This document shows positions 12,571 to 25,186 of a stretch of DNA of 64,000 nucleotides, piece by piece. The stretch lies in NCBI GenBank assembly GCA_051294375.1, contig CM119267.1, forward strand, positions 11,605,553-11,669,552, in the 5' to 3' direction. Within the stretch, counting starts at the first letter, position 1; each line of letters begins with the position of its first letter. The translations under genes and the position numbers were made by a program. Source of the stretch: Paraspadella gotoi (lineage: Eukaryota; Animalia; Chaetognatha). A model generated the notes under the pieces. That model worked only from the letters and a program-made list of their open reading frames with translations. It ran no database searches and was not told the origin of the DNA.

Positions 12571-14960
12571 GAGCTCAAAGGCCAAATGGAGAGTTACGAG
12601 GAGGAAATACAGGCGTCGAGGCGAAAGACCTGGTTATATTATAACTTATAAAGCAAAAACGGAAATTAAAATTGGTTGAGGATTCCATGTTAAAAATTCA
12701 CTCCTTTATAGGAATTACTACATTAAAAAATAAATTGTTAAAAATCTCACAATTATTTTGATTCCCGAGTGTCATTTCATTTCATTTCACATCGTCAAGC
12801 AGCATCTTGTTTATCATTCACGGGGTCTTAAAATCGTTATTTTTTTTTCTCTGACATCTTGATCGGAAGACACTGTATAATTACAAGATCCCGACGTCGA
12901 TCCTTCTGATCATCTTTCTTCGCCAGATGGAAGTGCTTCTCCGACGACGGACGCCTTGACCTCTCCGTTGATAACGTGTCGCTAACACTCAAGTTGGTCG
13001 TGGAGGCTCCCTCTTCGTCGGATGCCGCAGCCGCAGCCGCAGCCGCAGCCGAGGAGGATGAAGACCTCCTCGTCAAAGTCATCACCTCTTCCTCCCCATC
13101 TTCATCCGGCTGTCATTCCACCGCCCGCGAGCCGCTCGTCCAGATGCGCCGATTTTCCTTGAAGGCTACTTCTCGCGGTGGCAACGCCTTCGACCGCTTT
13201 GCGACCCGAGTCGCAACGGCGGTGTTGCGGCGGCGGTTGCGGCGATGGTTCGCCGAGGACGCCGGGGCGTACTTGGCGGAATTGGTCAACGGATCGGCGT
13301 GGGGCTTTCCTCGCTGCGTCGAAGGCGAAATGTGGACGTCGCCGTCCTCTTCATCGGGCTGTTGGCGTCTCGACGTTCGCGTAGTCGAGCGCCTCGGCTA
13401 CAGAATCGGCGGCGGAGCCGTTTTCGGTTGCGACGTGGCGCTGCGTCTGGACGACGTCGACGTCGGCGACAACAACGCCGTCGCTTCCGGTCGCGACCTC
13501 TCTACGCCCTCTATCGACGAGGCGCTGGCCCTTCGAGCCTCCACCTTCGGCGTCTCCAACGACTTCGTCCTCTTGCTGCCCGAGAGTTTGGTCAACGGCA
13601 TCTTCTCCGCGTCGCCGGAATCCAACGAGTTACGGCGTCATCTGATGTCGAAGATCGAGTCTCGGGCGACGGACGTCGTGGCGTCGTTGGAGATCGACGA
13701 GGAACGCCCCGGATGTAATCCGCGCATCGAGGCCTCGTTTTCGTCGTCTCCGCGTTTGAGACTGACCCGGTCGAGCGGCGTCGTCGTCGACGCCGCCGTC
13801 GTCGTGGAAATCCGCGCGAGGGCGCCGTCGGATGCAGCGCGGTATCCCGGCGACGGAGTTTACGTTCGAGTTCACTACGAGTGGCAGGCGGCGGGGAGCG
13901 TGGAGCTGGAAGGCGGGGACGGTGGCGCCGGAGGAGGGAACGATCCTCGCCTCAGCCTTACCATGACTTTAGAGAGTTTTAAGGGCAACGCGTGCGTGGA
14001 GGTGAGGAAGAAAAGGATTTTACATACCTATTCTTTACTGCCGGGTGGGTTCGCACTTTTCAAGTACATATTCTAACTGAATTAAGAGTGAAATGTGGAA
14101 TTGTAATCGGTAATGTTAAGAATGTATTGCAAGCGCTGGACGCCAAGTCCTCCTCTTTCCCTGTAATAGTCCTGCCGTTTTCCCGGAGTCAAACCATCAA
14201 CGCCGGAATTCTTGGAGGCGCGGTCCCGAGTCAGCGAAGCGTTCGAGGCGCTGGGCGACGCCGTCTTCGGGGAGTTGCGCAGCGGCTGCGACGCTAAGAT
14301 GCGCTTGGCGACGTTGCCGCCCTCTTGCGTCTCCAACGAGTTTGTCGAGGCAACGCCCAAGGTTCCGTGGGAGTGGAGGGGGGATAGCAGTCATTGAAAA
14401 TCTGATTATATTAGTTAATTATTTATTTATTAAATTCATTTATTTAGTTACTTATTATTTTATGTTCACTTATTTTTCTGTTAAATATATTTATTTATTT
14501 ATTTTATCATTTATTTTATCATTTATTTAGTAAACTAAAACAAAGTTTTATTTGGGTGAAAACAACGACAAAATTGTTAATTTACGGTTTCGACTAAGTT
14601 TTGTTTACTAAACTTTGTTTTCGTTTACAATTTTAAATTTAAACGCAACGAATCGAAAGATGAATTTATCATTTATTTAATATATTTTATTGCTATTTCA
14701 TTCTGAAGGTACGAATCGTGGACGGCTTCGTCGTCGTCTTCGTCCAATTAGCCTTCAAGGAAAACTTCGGACAGTCGCTCGCCGATGCGCTGGCAGCCGC
14801 TGCTGCCGCGGCTGGAATCACGATGGCGGGAAAAGGGGAGAAAATCGGCGAGGGGGAGGGGGAAGCAGACGGGGAGGTGAGCGGCGAAAAAAGCGGGGAA
14901 AAGCGCGGGAAAATCGACGGGAACGCTGGGGAGATTGAATTGCGAGTCGGTGAACAATAA
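10302..14960 (+). CDS. BPI/LBP/CETP (TULIP superfamily) two-domain lipid-binding protein, 6 coding exons: 10302-10395, 10814-11105, 11368-11583, 12927-14001, 14170-14361, 14709-14960 (706 aa)
   Basis: All five introns are GT..AG with matching phases (1,2,2,0,0), giving one 2121-nt open frame. The translation has BPI-fold landmarks in the expected order: HPARAILTELGMRNFVDAALPALQKKLRGVVFPDL (cf. BPI/LBP N-terminal PGxxARITxKGLxY...LQxEL..IxxPD); ILWRIRGSVKAAAAYRYRWKCFSDDGRLDLSVDNVSLTLKL; SGCHS; FVLLLPESLVNGIF; PRLRLTRSSGVVV; and C-terminal LPPSCVSNEFVEATPKVRIVDGFVVVFVQLAF. There is an in-frame TGA at 10248-10250 upstream of ATG 10302. The N gap at 12273-12534 in intron 3 could hide an exon. Confidence 0.78.
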
Positions 14961-15129
14961 CAATTTTGGGACACGAGGCATTTTTGGCAAAAGTGAATGC
15001 ACTTATGCGAGCGAATTGAAGAAAAAAATGGCTGAAAGAAAAACAAATGTAATGGGTAAACTTAATGAAGGAAAACATAGAATAGACGACGATCACTACG
15101 AGTCTACGACTAATAATTCTGTAATTCTC

Positions 15130-15244
<115 letters not shown>

Positions 15245-16392
15245 AATCTCTATCCGGGGCGCGTTATTTTCCCTCCCTCAGGGTTTTAATTGGTCGAATC
15301 CGACTAAATCTCCCTCTAAGCTCGTTAACTGTTCGCGCATGGTCGAGGGATCGGACCGCCCCGCCGTTTACAGAAGTCGGCCGACCGTTCATCGTTTCCA
15401 AGGGCTCTTTAGTATGTGTAAACCCATGTGAGGGTGCATACGAGTGGCCGATTTTGTAGAGTACCTACTTTTCTTCTCAACCAATGAGAGGTAACGTACG
15501 TGTTAGCCAATCTGGAAACTACCTTCTCAGTTCTCACAAACGCAGTTGAATTTTTTTTTTTTTTTGGAGGTGGGATGGTTTGTAAATTGTAGTGCGAAGC
15601 GGGCAACTTCGTTTTTGTTCTTCAAGATTAAACACTTTTTTCTTTCTCTCTCTCTTTTCTGAATGTAATTCTAACCCGCTCGTAACTGTTTGCTGCTGAC
15701 AGTTGTTACCCCCGTTAAAATTCTAAAAAGAAAAAAAAAAAGAAGTTTCATTTTCTTTGTAATTTTTTTCGTCGTCGTCGTCCCGTTTTTCGCGTTGTTT
15801 TTGTTTGGGTTGGCGTTTTGTTTACGTTAAAAAAGTGCGGCGTCGTTCCCTGGGTTTTTGTTCTTTCGTTCTCTTTTTTGTTCCGCGTCGTCGCGAGACG
15901 CAATTAGCGATGATTTTGTGTCGTCGCTTCGAACAAAAATCTCGACGCCAGGATTCCTTTTTTTTTTTTTAAGGGAAAGCGCGGGTGAATTAAAAATAAT
16001 GAAACCAATTAAAATAAAATGGGATGGAGAGAGAGAGAGAGAAGGAGAGAAGAGAGAGAGAGATGATGAGAGGAGAGAGAGAGAGAGAGAGAGAGATAGT
16101 GGAAATGGTAGTCGCAGAGGGGAAATCTCAAGCTGACGGTTTTCAATTTTCTTCGTTTTCTTTGCCGTCCGGGAGGAGAAACATTTTAAACTTCTTTTTA
16201 AGATGCTCTCTTGTTTAATACTTACATTTGCGTGTAATTACTAATATATAAGCAATCGGCGAAAGAATGTGAAATTATTCCACGAAATTTTGAAAATAAA
16301 TTAATTCGTTCCTGTAATGAGATATGAGGCTTTAAACATGTTAACTATTTATCAAAACCACTGTTTTATTTAGATGTTTCGCCAATTCTCCG

Positions 16393-16733
16393 TCACGGCT
16401 CAAACGCATTTGCCAATTCGAATTTTTTGGTTTGACTTGACCTTTGCTCCTTTGCTATCGGTGGATGCGTGACGCAACAACCAAGCTTCTCTCGGTCAAT
16501 GTCGCCAATAGAGCCACAGCAAGCACACTGGTCAATGCTTGTCCTGAAATATAAAACTGGATTTATCGACTGACGAATTGGTATGCGTGTGGAATGATGC
16601 GATATCACATGCGTCGTCCTTGTAGATGGCGGCGGCGGGGCGGCTGTGGCAGCGTCAGCTGCGGTGTCAAAAGTCTTTCTGTCGCCAACTTGCTCCCCCC
16701 GCCACAAAACAAGGATCTTAAAGTAAACACGGC
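16393..16733 (-). CDS. Possible 3' exon(s) of an unidentified gene
   Basis: Polypyrimidine-AG acceptor at 16734, open frame RVYFKILVLWRGEQ...QCACCGSIGDIDREKLGCCVTHPP...FEP*, and AATAAA shortly downstream on the minus strand (~16363-16368). No homology recognised. Confidence 0.2.
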
Positions 16734-17539
16734 CTTTGAAGAAAAAAAAATGTTGATATGTCTAGCGTTCTTTCAATAACGTTTTTTTTTATTTTCTAGA
16801 TTCATGTTTTATGGATAGGATTGACAAGCTGAGTACTTTTTCGTTATGAAATTTCATGATGTGTAAAAAGAACAAGTTCAATTTTACTAATCCGTGCTTC
16901 AATCTATATGTAGAACCGCATTACATGTAAATCTTTTTTAACTCCTTGTTTACAATTTGATCTCGATATTCTCCTCGAGATTTACAAAGGATTCGTCCGA
17001 GTTTGAATCCGGCCTAAAAAAAAAGGAAATACCAGGGTAAAGTTTTTAAAGCATTTCTTCCCCCCCTTTTTTTTTTTTTTTTTTTTTGAAAGGGAATAAA
17101 TCCCGTGCCCTGCAGTCTCTTACATCCCGCGGCTGTGCCAAATATTTTCTTTTTGCCAGTTTGGCATTGAAGAGAGACAGAGATATAGACGGAAAGGGGG
17201 GGGGTCTGGGATTTGTCGGCAAACATCTTTTTTTTTCTTAGAGCGTTGCAATGCAAAAAAAAAAGGAATTAAATTAATACGTATTGAAGCTCTGGTGATC
17301 GATTTCATAAAAGTTGAAATAGCCGAGACGGAAACGAAACAATCTAATAAATTATTTAAGTATAATTAATTATTTATCTATATTTAATCTTTAATCTAAA
17401 TTGTATAAAAAAATTTTAAATATCTTTTTATTTTCGGTAAAGTGACAAAATCGCGATCTCTTCACTTTCCCCGCCATTTCGCCATTTGTCGTCTCGGCCG
17501 TCTCCGGCACCGACGTTTCGATTCCTCCTCGCTGCTTCC

Positions 17540-17577
<38 letters not shown>

Positions 17578-18478
17578 GCTGAAGACGCCAGTTTTCTTTT
17601 CTCTCTGATCTTTCATTATCATTTCCTTTCTTTTTTTTTCTTTATTTTCTCTTTCGCGAATCTAAATCCTATTCTTTGTCACGGAGTTCAACGATCTCTC
17701 TGGCGACTTTACTTAATATATGGTCTTTGGGCTTGGCGAAGTAGAATAACATTCAGATAAGAGCGGATTCAGACAAACACGAAACGACCAAATCTCTAAA
17801 ACGATTTTAATTATTTTCTCACCTCTCTTTCCTTTTCTCGTTTTCAGTTTTACTTTTCACTAAATGCGAGTGGCAATCACGCCATCCTCGAGAACCGGCG
17901 AAAGAATTAATAATCACATAAGTTTATCATCTTTCCACTTTCCACAGCAAAACTCTCGACGACCGCTCTCCACAAGAAGCCACTCCAGTTCCACTTTCCC
18001 TCGAAACACTGATCGCAATTTCCCATCTTTACGTTTCTATTTCCTCGTTCTCGCATCCACTGATTCACTTCTCCATCTCGCTCCTTCATTCTTCCTTACC
18101 ACATTCCCTTGTCCCTTCGTCTGCCTTTTTTCCTTCCCCTCCTCCCTCTTAAATCCCCTCCCTCCTTCCCTTCCTCCCTCCGATTCCCCACATCCTCCTC
18201 TTCTCAATTCCCACCGCTTTAATCTGGTTTCGTATTTCCATTCGGTTTTTCTCTCTCGTCGATCTTTTTTTTTTTCTTTCCTTTTTCCTTCTTCCTCCTC
18301 CGCCGCAGTCGCCGCCGCCGCCGCTGCCGCTGCCTCCGTTTATCAATTCCTAAGAAATTCCGCCCTTCCATCGAAGGCCGCCACTTCCCTCTCTTCCCCT
18401 TCCCCACCGGTTCCTCCATTCTTCTTTCGCCGCCATCGCCGCCACCGCCGATGAAAAGCCGCTTTCCGATTTGGCCCG

Positions 18479-18516
<38 letters not shown>

Positions 18517-18535
18517 CTGTTGCTGATGGTCATAT

Positions 18536-19252
18536 TCATTGGGTATCGATGTTACTTCCACGGAACAACAACCATGATTCATCATGGTTTGAGCCTTCGT
18601 CGTCTTCGTCATCCTCGTCGTCGTCGTCGACGCCGCCGCCACCGCCGCCGCCGCCGTCGATCACATCATCGATCGCTATTCCCGCTTTTTCGCCGTTTGT
18701 GGAGTATTTTTCTGCTTCACGCCCGTGATCCGTGATTTCGGTCGTTGGAGACGATGCCCGTCCAAAGAATTCAACGTTGGTCTTTATAAGAGAAAACGCA
18801 AGTTGTACGAGTTTATAAGTTTTATTATAAGCACATTAAAAACGATTAATATCTCCAAAAAAACCGTTGAAATTGTTTTCGTCCGGGGAACCGTAGTTTT
18901 TGCTGAGTTAAAATGATTCACGTTTAACCAAAGATAAAAATAATAATCATCAAGATATTGAAGGGCAAGAGAGACTCAGGCATGACTTTTTCTTCAACGT
19001 TGGAATCCGCGATGTTATGTTTGATTTTAGCCTCACTTTCGACGTCGTTGTTGTTAACAGTTATTACATAATTAAAAGAGGCCTTGAACGTTTGAGAAAA
19101 ATAATACATTCTTTTGTTGATTAAGTACGTCACATTTTGGTTGTTTCATACATAATTCACAAAAAAAAAATAGATACAAAGTGAACAAGACGTAGTTAAC
19201 AATTTAAGCAAAACCTCACCAGCAACAAAGAAAAAAATCCTAATCTTTTCAT
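18536..19252 (-). CDS. Putative small secreted acidic protein, 4 exons (19252-19220, 19082-19037, 18902-18865, 18781-18536), 120 aa
   Basis: GT..AG introns with matching phases 0,1,0. Translation: MKRLGFFSLLLASFNYVITVNNNDVETKTTVPRTKTISTTNVEFFGRASSPTTEITDHGREAEKYSTNGEKAGIAIDDVIDGGGGGGGGGVDDDDDEDDEDDEGSNHDESWLLFRGSNIDTQ*. The N-terminus is signal-peptide-like. The third donor (GTTTTT) is weak. Confidence 0.35.
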
Positions 19253-19899
19253 ACCTGAGAAAGGGTGGCGGAGAGAGAGATGAGAGAGATAGAGAGAGAG
19301 AGAGTGAAGGATTGAGAGAAATGAATTCGGGTGAATTACAAAAATGTAAATAATATTTCTCGCCTAAAATTCCATCTCATTTACATTCCTACTTTGTAAA
19401 CAAAGTAGTTCATATAAAAGTCATTGTTTATTTTATTCTCGCGCTCATTATTATTATCGCATTTCCCTTCGATGTTATACTGAAATAAACTCTCGTTCAT
19501 TTTACTTTGGTATCGAATTCTTCACTAAAAATTCCGTCCTCCACTTGGTGTTCAGCGCTGGTTACGAATAAAGTTTTTTTTAAGCCTCCGAAGGAAATAC
19601 TCGTTCGTCGCTACCAAATTTCGGGCAAATTATAAAAGAGAAAAAATCCAGGATTACGCTTCGCGTCTATCTTTTCCAATTTTTCCGTGCTTTGCGTTCA
19701 AACAAAAGGACATCGAATTTGAAGTGAGATTGTTCTGAATTAATTATAAGCAGGAGTTATAATAAATAATAGGCCTTAATTTTTTTATAACAAAATTGTT
19801 AAATTGATTGAATCAGGATAATTCGTTACCAATTCATAATTTTTTCTTCCAAGGTCTATCGCAGATCTTACCTTACTTTCTTGAGAATTTTATTTTAGT

Positions 19900-21570
19900 C
19901 ATGCATCAGGGGAACCGTCGGGTCTGGACGCAGATTGGCGAGTGGGAAACCATCACAATTCAGACAGCGACGATCTAAAGAGAGTCGTTCCTCGATCAGT
20001 TGGAAACGAGGAATTCGATGCGCGGCGTGCAGAAGGATCGACATCGACCATCATGGTGGATTCGACGAAGACCTGCAGAAGGGTTCCTCTCACGGATGAG
20101 GAATACGTTCAAAGTTTGAAAAAGGCGGTAGACGATATGAGAGAGATGATTGTGGAGAGAAAGTCTAAAGATGAGAGAATTTGTTAGAATTAGAAGAATC
20201 AACGAAAAAATTATCAGAGAGAGAGAGAGTGGAGAGAGAGAGAGAGTAAGAATGGAAAAGTTGATGGAAAGAGAGAGATGGAAATGATCGCTTCTTGTAA
20301 GAGAGGATTTGGCTAAAAGTGAAATCTGAAGTCCGGCAGAAGATAAAGTTGAGTGTGTAAAACTACCCATGACTGGGTAATGGGTGACGTAATGGACAAG
20401 ACGATGAGTGATATTCTGGAGAATCTTGATATGATATGTCTGTTGTTTTTTCTCAACAGGATCGTCCTCGATCGCCCATTACGGGACGTCAACGGCGCCG
20501 TCGTCTCTTCAAGGAACAGCATCGTCATCAATCGACCACGACGACTTCGTCGACATCCATTGCATCGGGAGACGTTGCTCTTTCCATCGGCATTTGGCCC
20601 GATCCCGCCCGTGACTTCTGTTTCCTTTTTCCTACCCAAACCTTCTCCTACATCTCGTTTTTTTCCGTCCTCCAATTTTCCATCTCTCCCCACTTTCCCG
20701 TCTATTTTCCCTTTACCCGCCTACTCTCTGCCCGTTCCCCTCCCGTGCCGTGCGTTCCTGGCATCGTCTGCGGCGCCAGCGCCGCCGGGGTCATCGATCA
20801 GCTTGCGACGGAGCTTCGGTCGCAAATCGATTGAAGCAGATCAAAGACGAAGCCTGAAAAAAACAACGGACGACGCGTTTGCTTTCCTGCAGAAAGAGTC
20901 CATCATCCGCAAGAAATATGGCATGTTTTTTCCCAGTGAGTCTTTGCGACGAAAGTCGCAATTGTTGTTGCCCATTCTGATGATAACCTTAGACCTATTA
21001 TGCAACATTTTATCTCTCACACCCGTATACTCTGTGCACGAATATTTTTTGTCACTGAGAGGTCACCTATTCCCTAATTTTTCAAAAATAGTTGTCTTAG
21101 TAAATATCAAACGATGAAACAATCTAAAGACGAAACGGTATGCAATTTATTTACGTTTTTCTTATGTAATGAAAGCTTTGGGCGGGACGAAAACCAATTT
21201 GTTTGCACTTATTTGTAAACTGAAAGATAAAAATGTTGCTCGCGTCGTAGAAGATGCTTATCATCCGGGTGGAAGAGACTTATCTGAATGTGGCAGGCAC
21301 GCCGATAGCCTTGAAACCAATCGCGCCGCGAAAGGCGCGACCGTCAATTGCATCGATTTGCCATCGTCGGAGCAGATGGACGTTTCCACCATCGAAGTTG
21401 GGACGCAGGCGGCAAAGCAGCGTTCAGGGGCGGCCGTCTGGCGTGTATGGCGGACGTGGCGGACGAGGACGTTGGTCGGCGAATCGTGCGATGACTCAAA
21501 GTGCGAACCGGACGTTTTCTCGTTAAGTCTCTATGAGCTTCCTCCTCCACGTCGTTGTTACAATGTCTGA
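19900..21570 (+). CDS. Hypothetical spliced gene; GC-rich open segments at ~19900-20127, 20460-20920 and 21227-21570
   Basis: Three GC-rich, repeat-free open blocks separated by AT/GA-rich spacers, with a good acceptor at 20459. Blocks 2 and 3 join in frame through a GC..AG intron (20921-21226). The junction between blocks 1 and 2 is unresolved, and no domain was recognised. Confidence 0.3.
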
Positions 21571-21975
21571 AAGTGCATGAAAATTTGGATCAATGTAAAG
21601 GAAAACCGTGTTTATTTGCGGAGAGTCGGGCCAGCATTTCTCATCAGCTGTCCCAAAGCACCCAAGAGTAAATCCGAATTTGAGAGTGTAATGAAGGACG
21701 CAAAAGGGAGAAGAATGCATGATGGGGCGCGTCGAAATCTCGTCAGACGCATCAGTCATAGATGTCGACTGCGCCGTCAACCGCGTCTTTGGATTCTACA
21801 AAACATGGAAATGAATTTTCGGAAACGGTTATTGATAAACAAACTGATTCAAATTTTACGGCACATTTTCGTCACCGTCATCAATTTTCAACTGATTTTT
21901 CGTCAAATTTTTTTGCAAAAAGCATCAACTTCTTGCAGCCGCTACACCATNNNNNNNNNNNNNNNNNNNNNNNNN

Positions 21976-22293
21976 CAATGGGCAAGAGAGACTCAGGCAT
22001 GACTTTCTTTTTCTTCAACGTTGGAATCCCGCATGTTATGTTTGATTTTAGCCTCACTTTCGACGTCGTTGTTGTTAACAGTTATTACATAATTAAAGAG
22101 GGCCTTGAACGTTTGAGAAAAAATAATACATTCTCTTTGTTGTTGATTAAGTACGTCACATTTTGGTTGTTTCATACATAATTCACAAAAAAAAATAGAT
22201 ACAAAAGTGAAACAAGACGTAGTTTAACAAAACCTCACCCACAAAGAAAAAAAATCCTAATCTTTTCATACTCTGGAGAAAGGGTGGCGGAGA

Positions 22294-22320
<27 letters not shown>
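21976..22320 (+). repeat. Indel-rich direct copy of 18963-19300
   Basis: Shared sequence from GGGCAAGAGAGACTCAGGCATGAC to AAAGGGTGGCGGAGAGAG, immediately after a 25-N gap. Confidence 0.9.
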
Positions 22321-22328
<8 letters not shown>

Positions 22329-23077
22329 CGAGAGGAGAGAGGAGAGAGAGAGAGAGAGAGAGGAGCAGAGAGAGAGACAGAGAGAGAGAGATGAGAGGAG
22401 GGGAGGAAAGCGGAGAGACAACGAGAGCTTGAGTTGACCGAATATAATGAGCGAAGACGCACAGAATTGGGATTTTATGAAAAAAAAGAAGGATAAGGAG
22501 GAAAAAATCCTCGTCGGCTTCTCCTGGATGAATGGGAACGAGCACGTTCCCTGAATTATGCAGACTAAATAAACATATGGAGAGAGGAGAGAAGATGATG
22601 AGACGAGAGAGAGAGAGAGAGCAGAGATGCACGAGAAGAGAAGAGAGAGAAGGAGGAGAAAGAGAGAGGAGAGAGAGAGAGAGAAAGAAAGGGAGGCGGA
22701 GGAAGAAGCAAAGAAAGAGAAGAAAAATAAGAGTAGAGAATGCGCGGAGAAGGAGAAAAAGCATGAAAGAAAGGGAGGGCAAAGGAAGAGAAGATTAAAA
22801 ACGACAATAAATCGAAATGAAAGAGAGCAGAGGGAGAGAGAGAGAGGAGATGACAGAAGATGAGAGACAGAGAGAGAGCAGAGACGAGCAGAGAACGATA
22901 GGCAGAGACGAGGAGAGATGAAGAGAGTGAGACGGACAGGGATGGGATGCGTCAGCAAGCGCAGGAGCACTGAATGAAAAAAGTTCAAATGAATAGGGAG
23001 AGAAAGAAAGAAAGAAAAGAAATAAAGAAAGAAAGAATAAATAATAGAAAAATAGAAAAATAAGTAAAGAAAAAGAA

Positions 23078-23112
<35 letters not shown>

Positions 23113-25054
23113 TCAACTACGCCGTCTCCTCGACGCTAATCCATCTAAAAATGTCGTCAACGGTGACGCCGGAAACTCTCGTCGGCGGCGTCGAAATATT
23201 ACGAAGGGTCGACGCCGACTGCGACTAATCAGACGGCGCCGCCGCCTACGCCATTCAAACCGCCCACGTCGATAAAGCCGCGGGCGGCAGTAAATAAAAG
23301 CTCGTTCATTTCTGATTGTCTTTTTTTTTCGCGATATTTAAAGGTTTTTTAAGGTGTTTCGTTTTTTTTTGTTTTTTTTTTTACTAAAATTCATCTTAAT
23401 AGACGCAGTTATTTTGGGTTTTTTTCTTTTTTTTTTTGTCTGTCTTTTTTTTACGTATATAATCGCGTTTCGGTAAGGTATTTCTTTTTTGTGACACATT
23501 CTATTCGCCTCTCTCTCTCTCTCTCTCTCTCACACTCTCTCTCTCTCTCTCCCTCTCTCTCGCTCTCACACGCGCTTCCACACATCAAAAGACACACACA
23601 AACACGCGCGCGCCGTCACCGTCGCCGGCAGCGGAGGTGGAAGCTTATTAAAAATTCTTTGCTCGTTTACTCTTGAAAATCCTTGAATCCTTGATTCATC
23701 AGAGAGCGAGAGCAAGAGAGAGAGAGAGAGAGNNNNNNNNNNNNNNNNNNNNNNNNNNNNNNNNNNNNNNNNNNNNNNNNNNNNNNNNNNNNNNNNNNNN
23801 NNNNNNNNNNNNNNNNNNNNNNNNNNNNNNNNNNNNNNNNNNNNNNNNNNNNNNNNNNNNNNNNNNNNNNNNNNNNNNNNNNNNNNNNNNNNNNNNNNNN
23901 NNNNNNNNNNNNNNNNNNNNNNNNNNNNNNNNNNNNNNNNNNNNNNNNNNNNNNNNNNNNNNNNNNNNNNNNNNNNNNNNNNNNNNNNNNNNNNNNNNNN
24001 NNNNNNNNNNNNNNNNNNNNNNNNNNNNNNNNNNNNNNNNNNNNNNNNNNNNNNNNNNNNNNNNNNNNNNNNNNNNNNNNNNNNNNNNNNNNNNNNNNNN
24101 NNNNNNNNNNNNNNNCAGAGATAGTAGAGAGAGAGAGAGAGCAGACGAGAGTCTGAACTGAAGACGATCGAAGAGACGAGAAAGAGGAGATGATGAACGG
24201 ACGAGAAGATAAGAGAGAGAACGAGAGAAAAGAGAGAGAGAGCCGTACATCACCGCGCGGCCTTCGCTCGACGATTAATAAAGAATTAAAACTTGAACCG
24301 CTAGGGAAAAAAAAGAATCAGAAAGAAATTTGAAACTTAACACGAACGGAGAGAGAGGAGAGAGAGAGAAGTTAGAGAGACGAGAGAAGACCGATGCGAG
24401 AGAGAATAGAGACGAGTGGGCAGATCCGAGAGAGAGAGCGAGAGAGAGAGAGAGAATCTCCTTCTCTTTTTTCGCTTCTCATCCTGAGGGAGAGTTATGG
24501 GGAGAGAGAGAGAGGGAGTTGGGGGAAAGGGTCTGAGTAAGGGGGGAGAGAGATATGAAAGACAAGTTTGAAAAAATTGAAGGCAGGGAGGCAAACAAGA
24601 GTTTCGTAATTTGTGTCTCGTCTTTTTGGTTGTGAATCGTTGGAATCGAATGGAACAGGAAGAAGAGGAAGACACAAGATTCGCTTCAACAAATTGTCTT
24701 CTTATTTTAATTAAATTAATTTTTTCATAGATGACAGAAAATTTCTCTATTTATTCTTGAAAAAAACCTAGATTGTGACCACCGGGATTGGTTGACACAC
24801 CCACGACACTTACCATGATTTTTCACTTCTTCCTTCTTATTTATTTCTTCATTTTATCCAGTTTTCACAACTTATTCTTTTTTCTTCTTCTTCTTCTTCT
24901 TCCCTTTCACTTTAATTCTTTCCTTTCACTCTCTCTCTCTCTCCTCACTTCTTTTTTCCGCCTAGCTGCACCCAGTAATAACATTCTTATGAGACCACGT
25001 TTTTTCTCAAGACTTGTCAAAAATTCGCGCCATTCGGAAGAAACGGAGAGCGAG

Positions 25055-25186
<132 letters not shown>

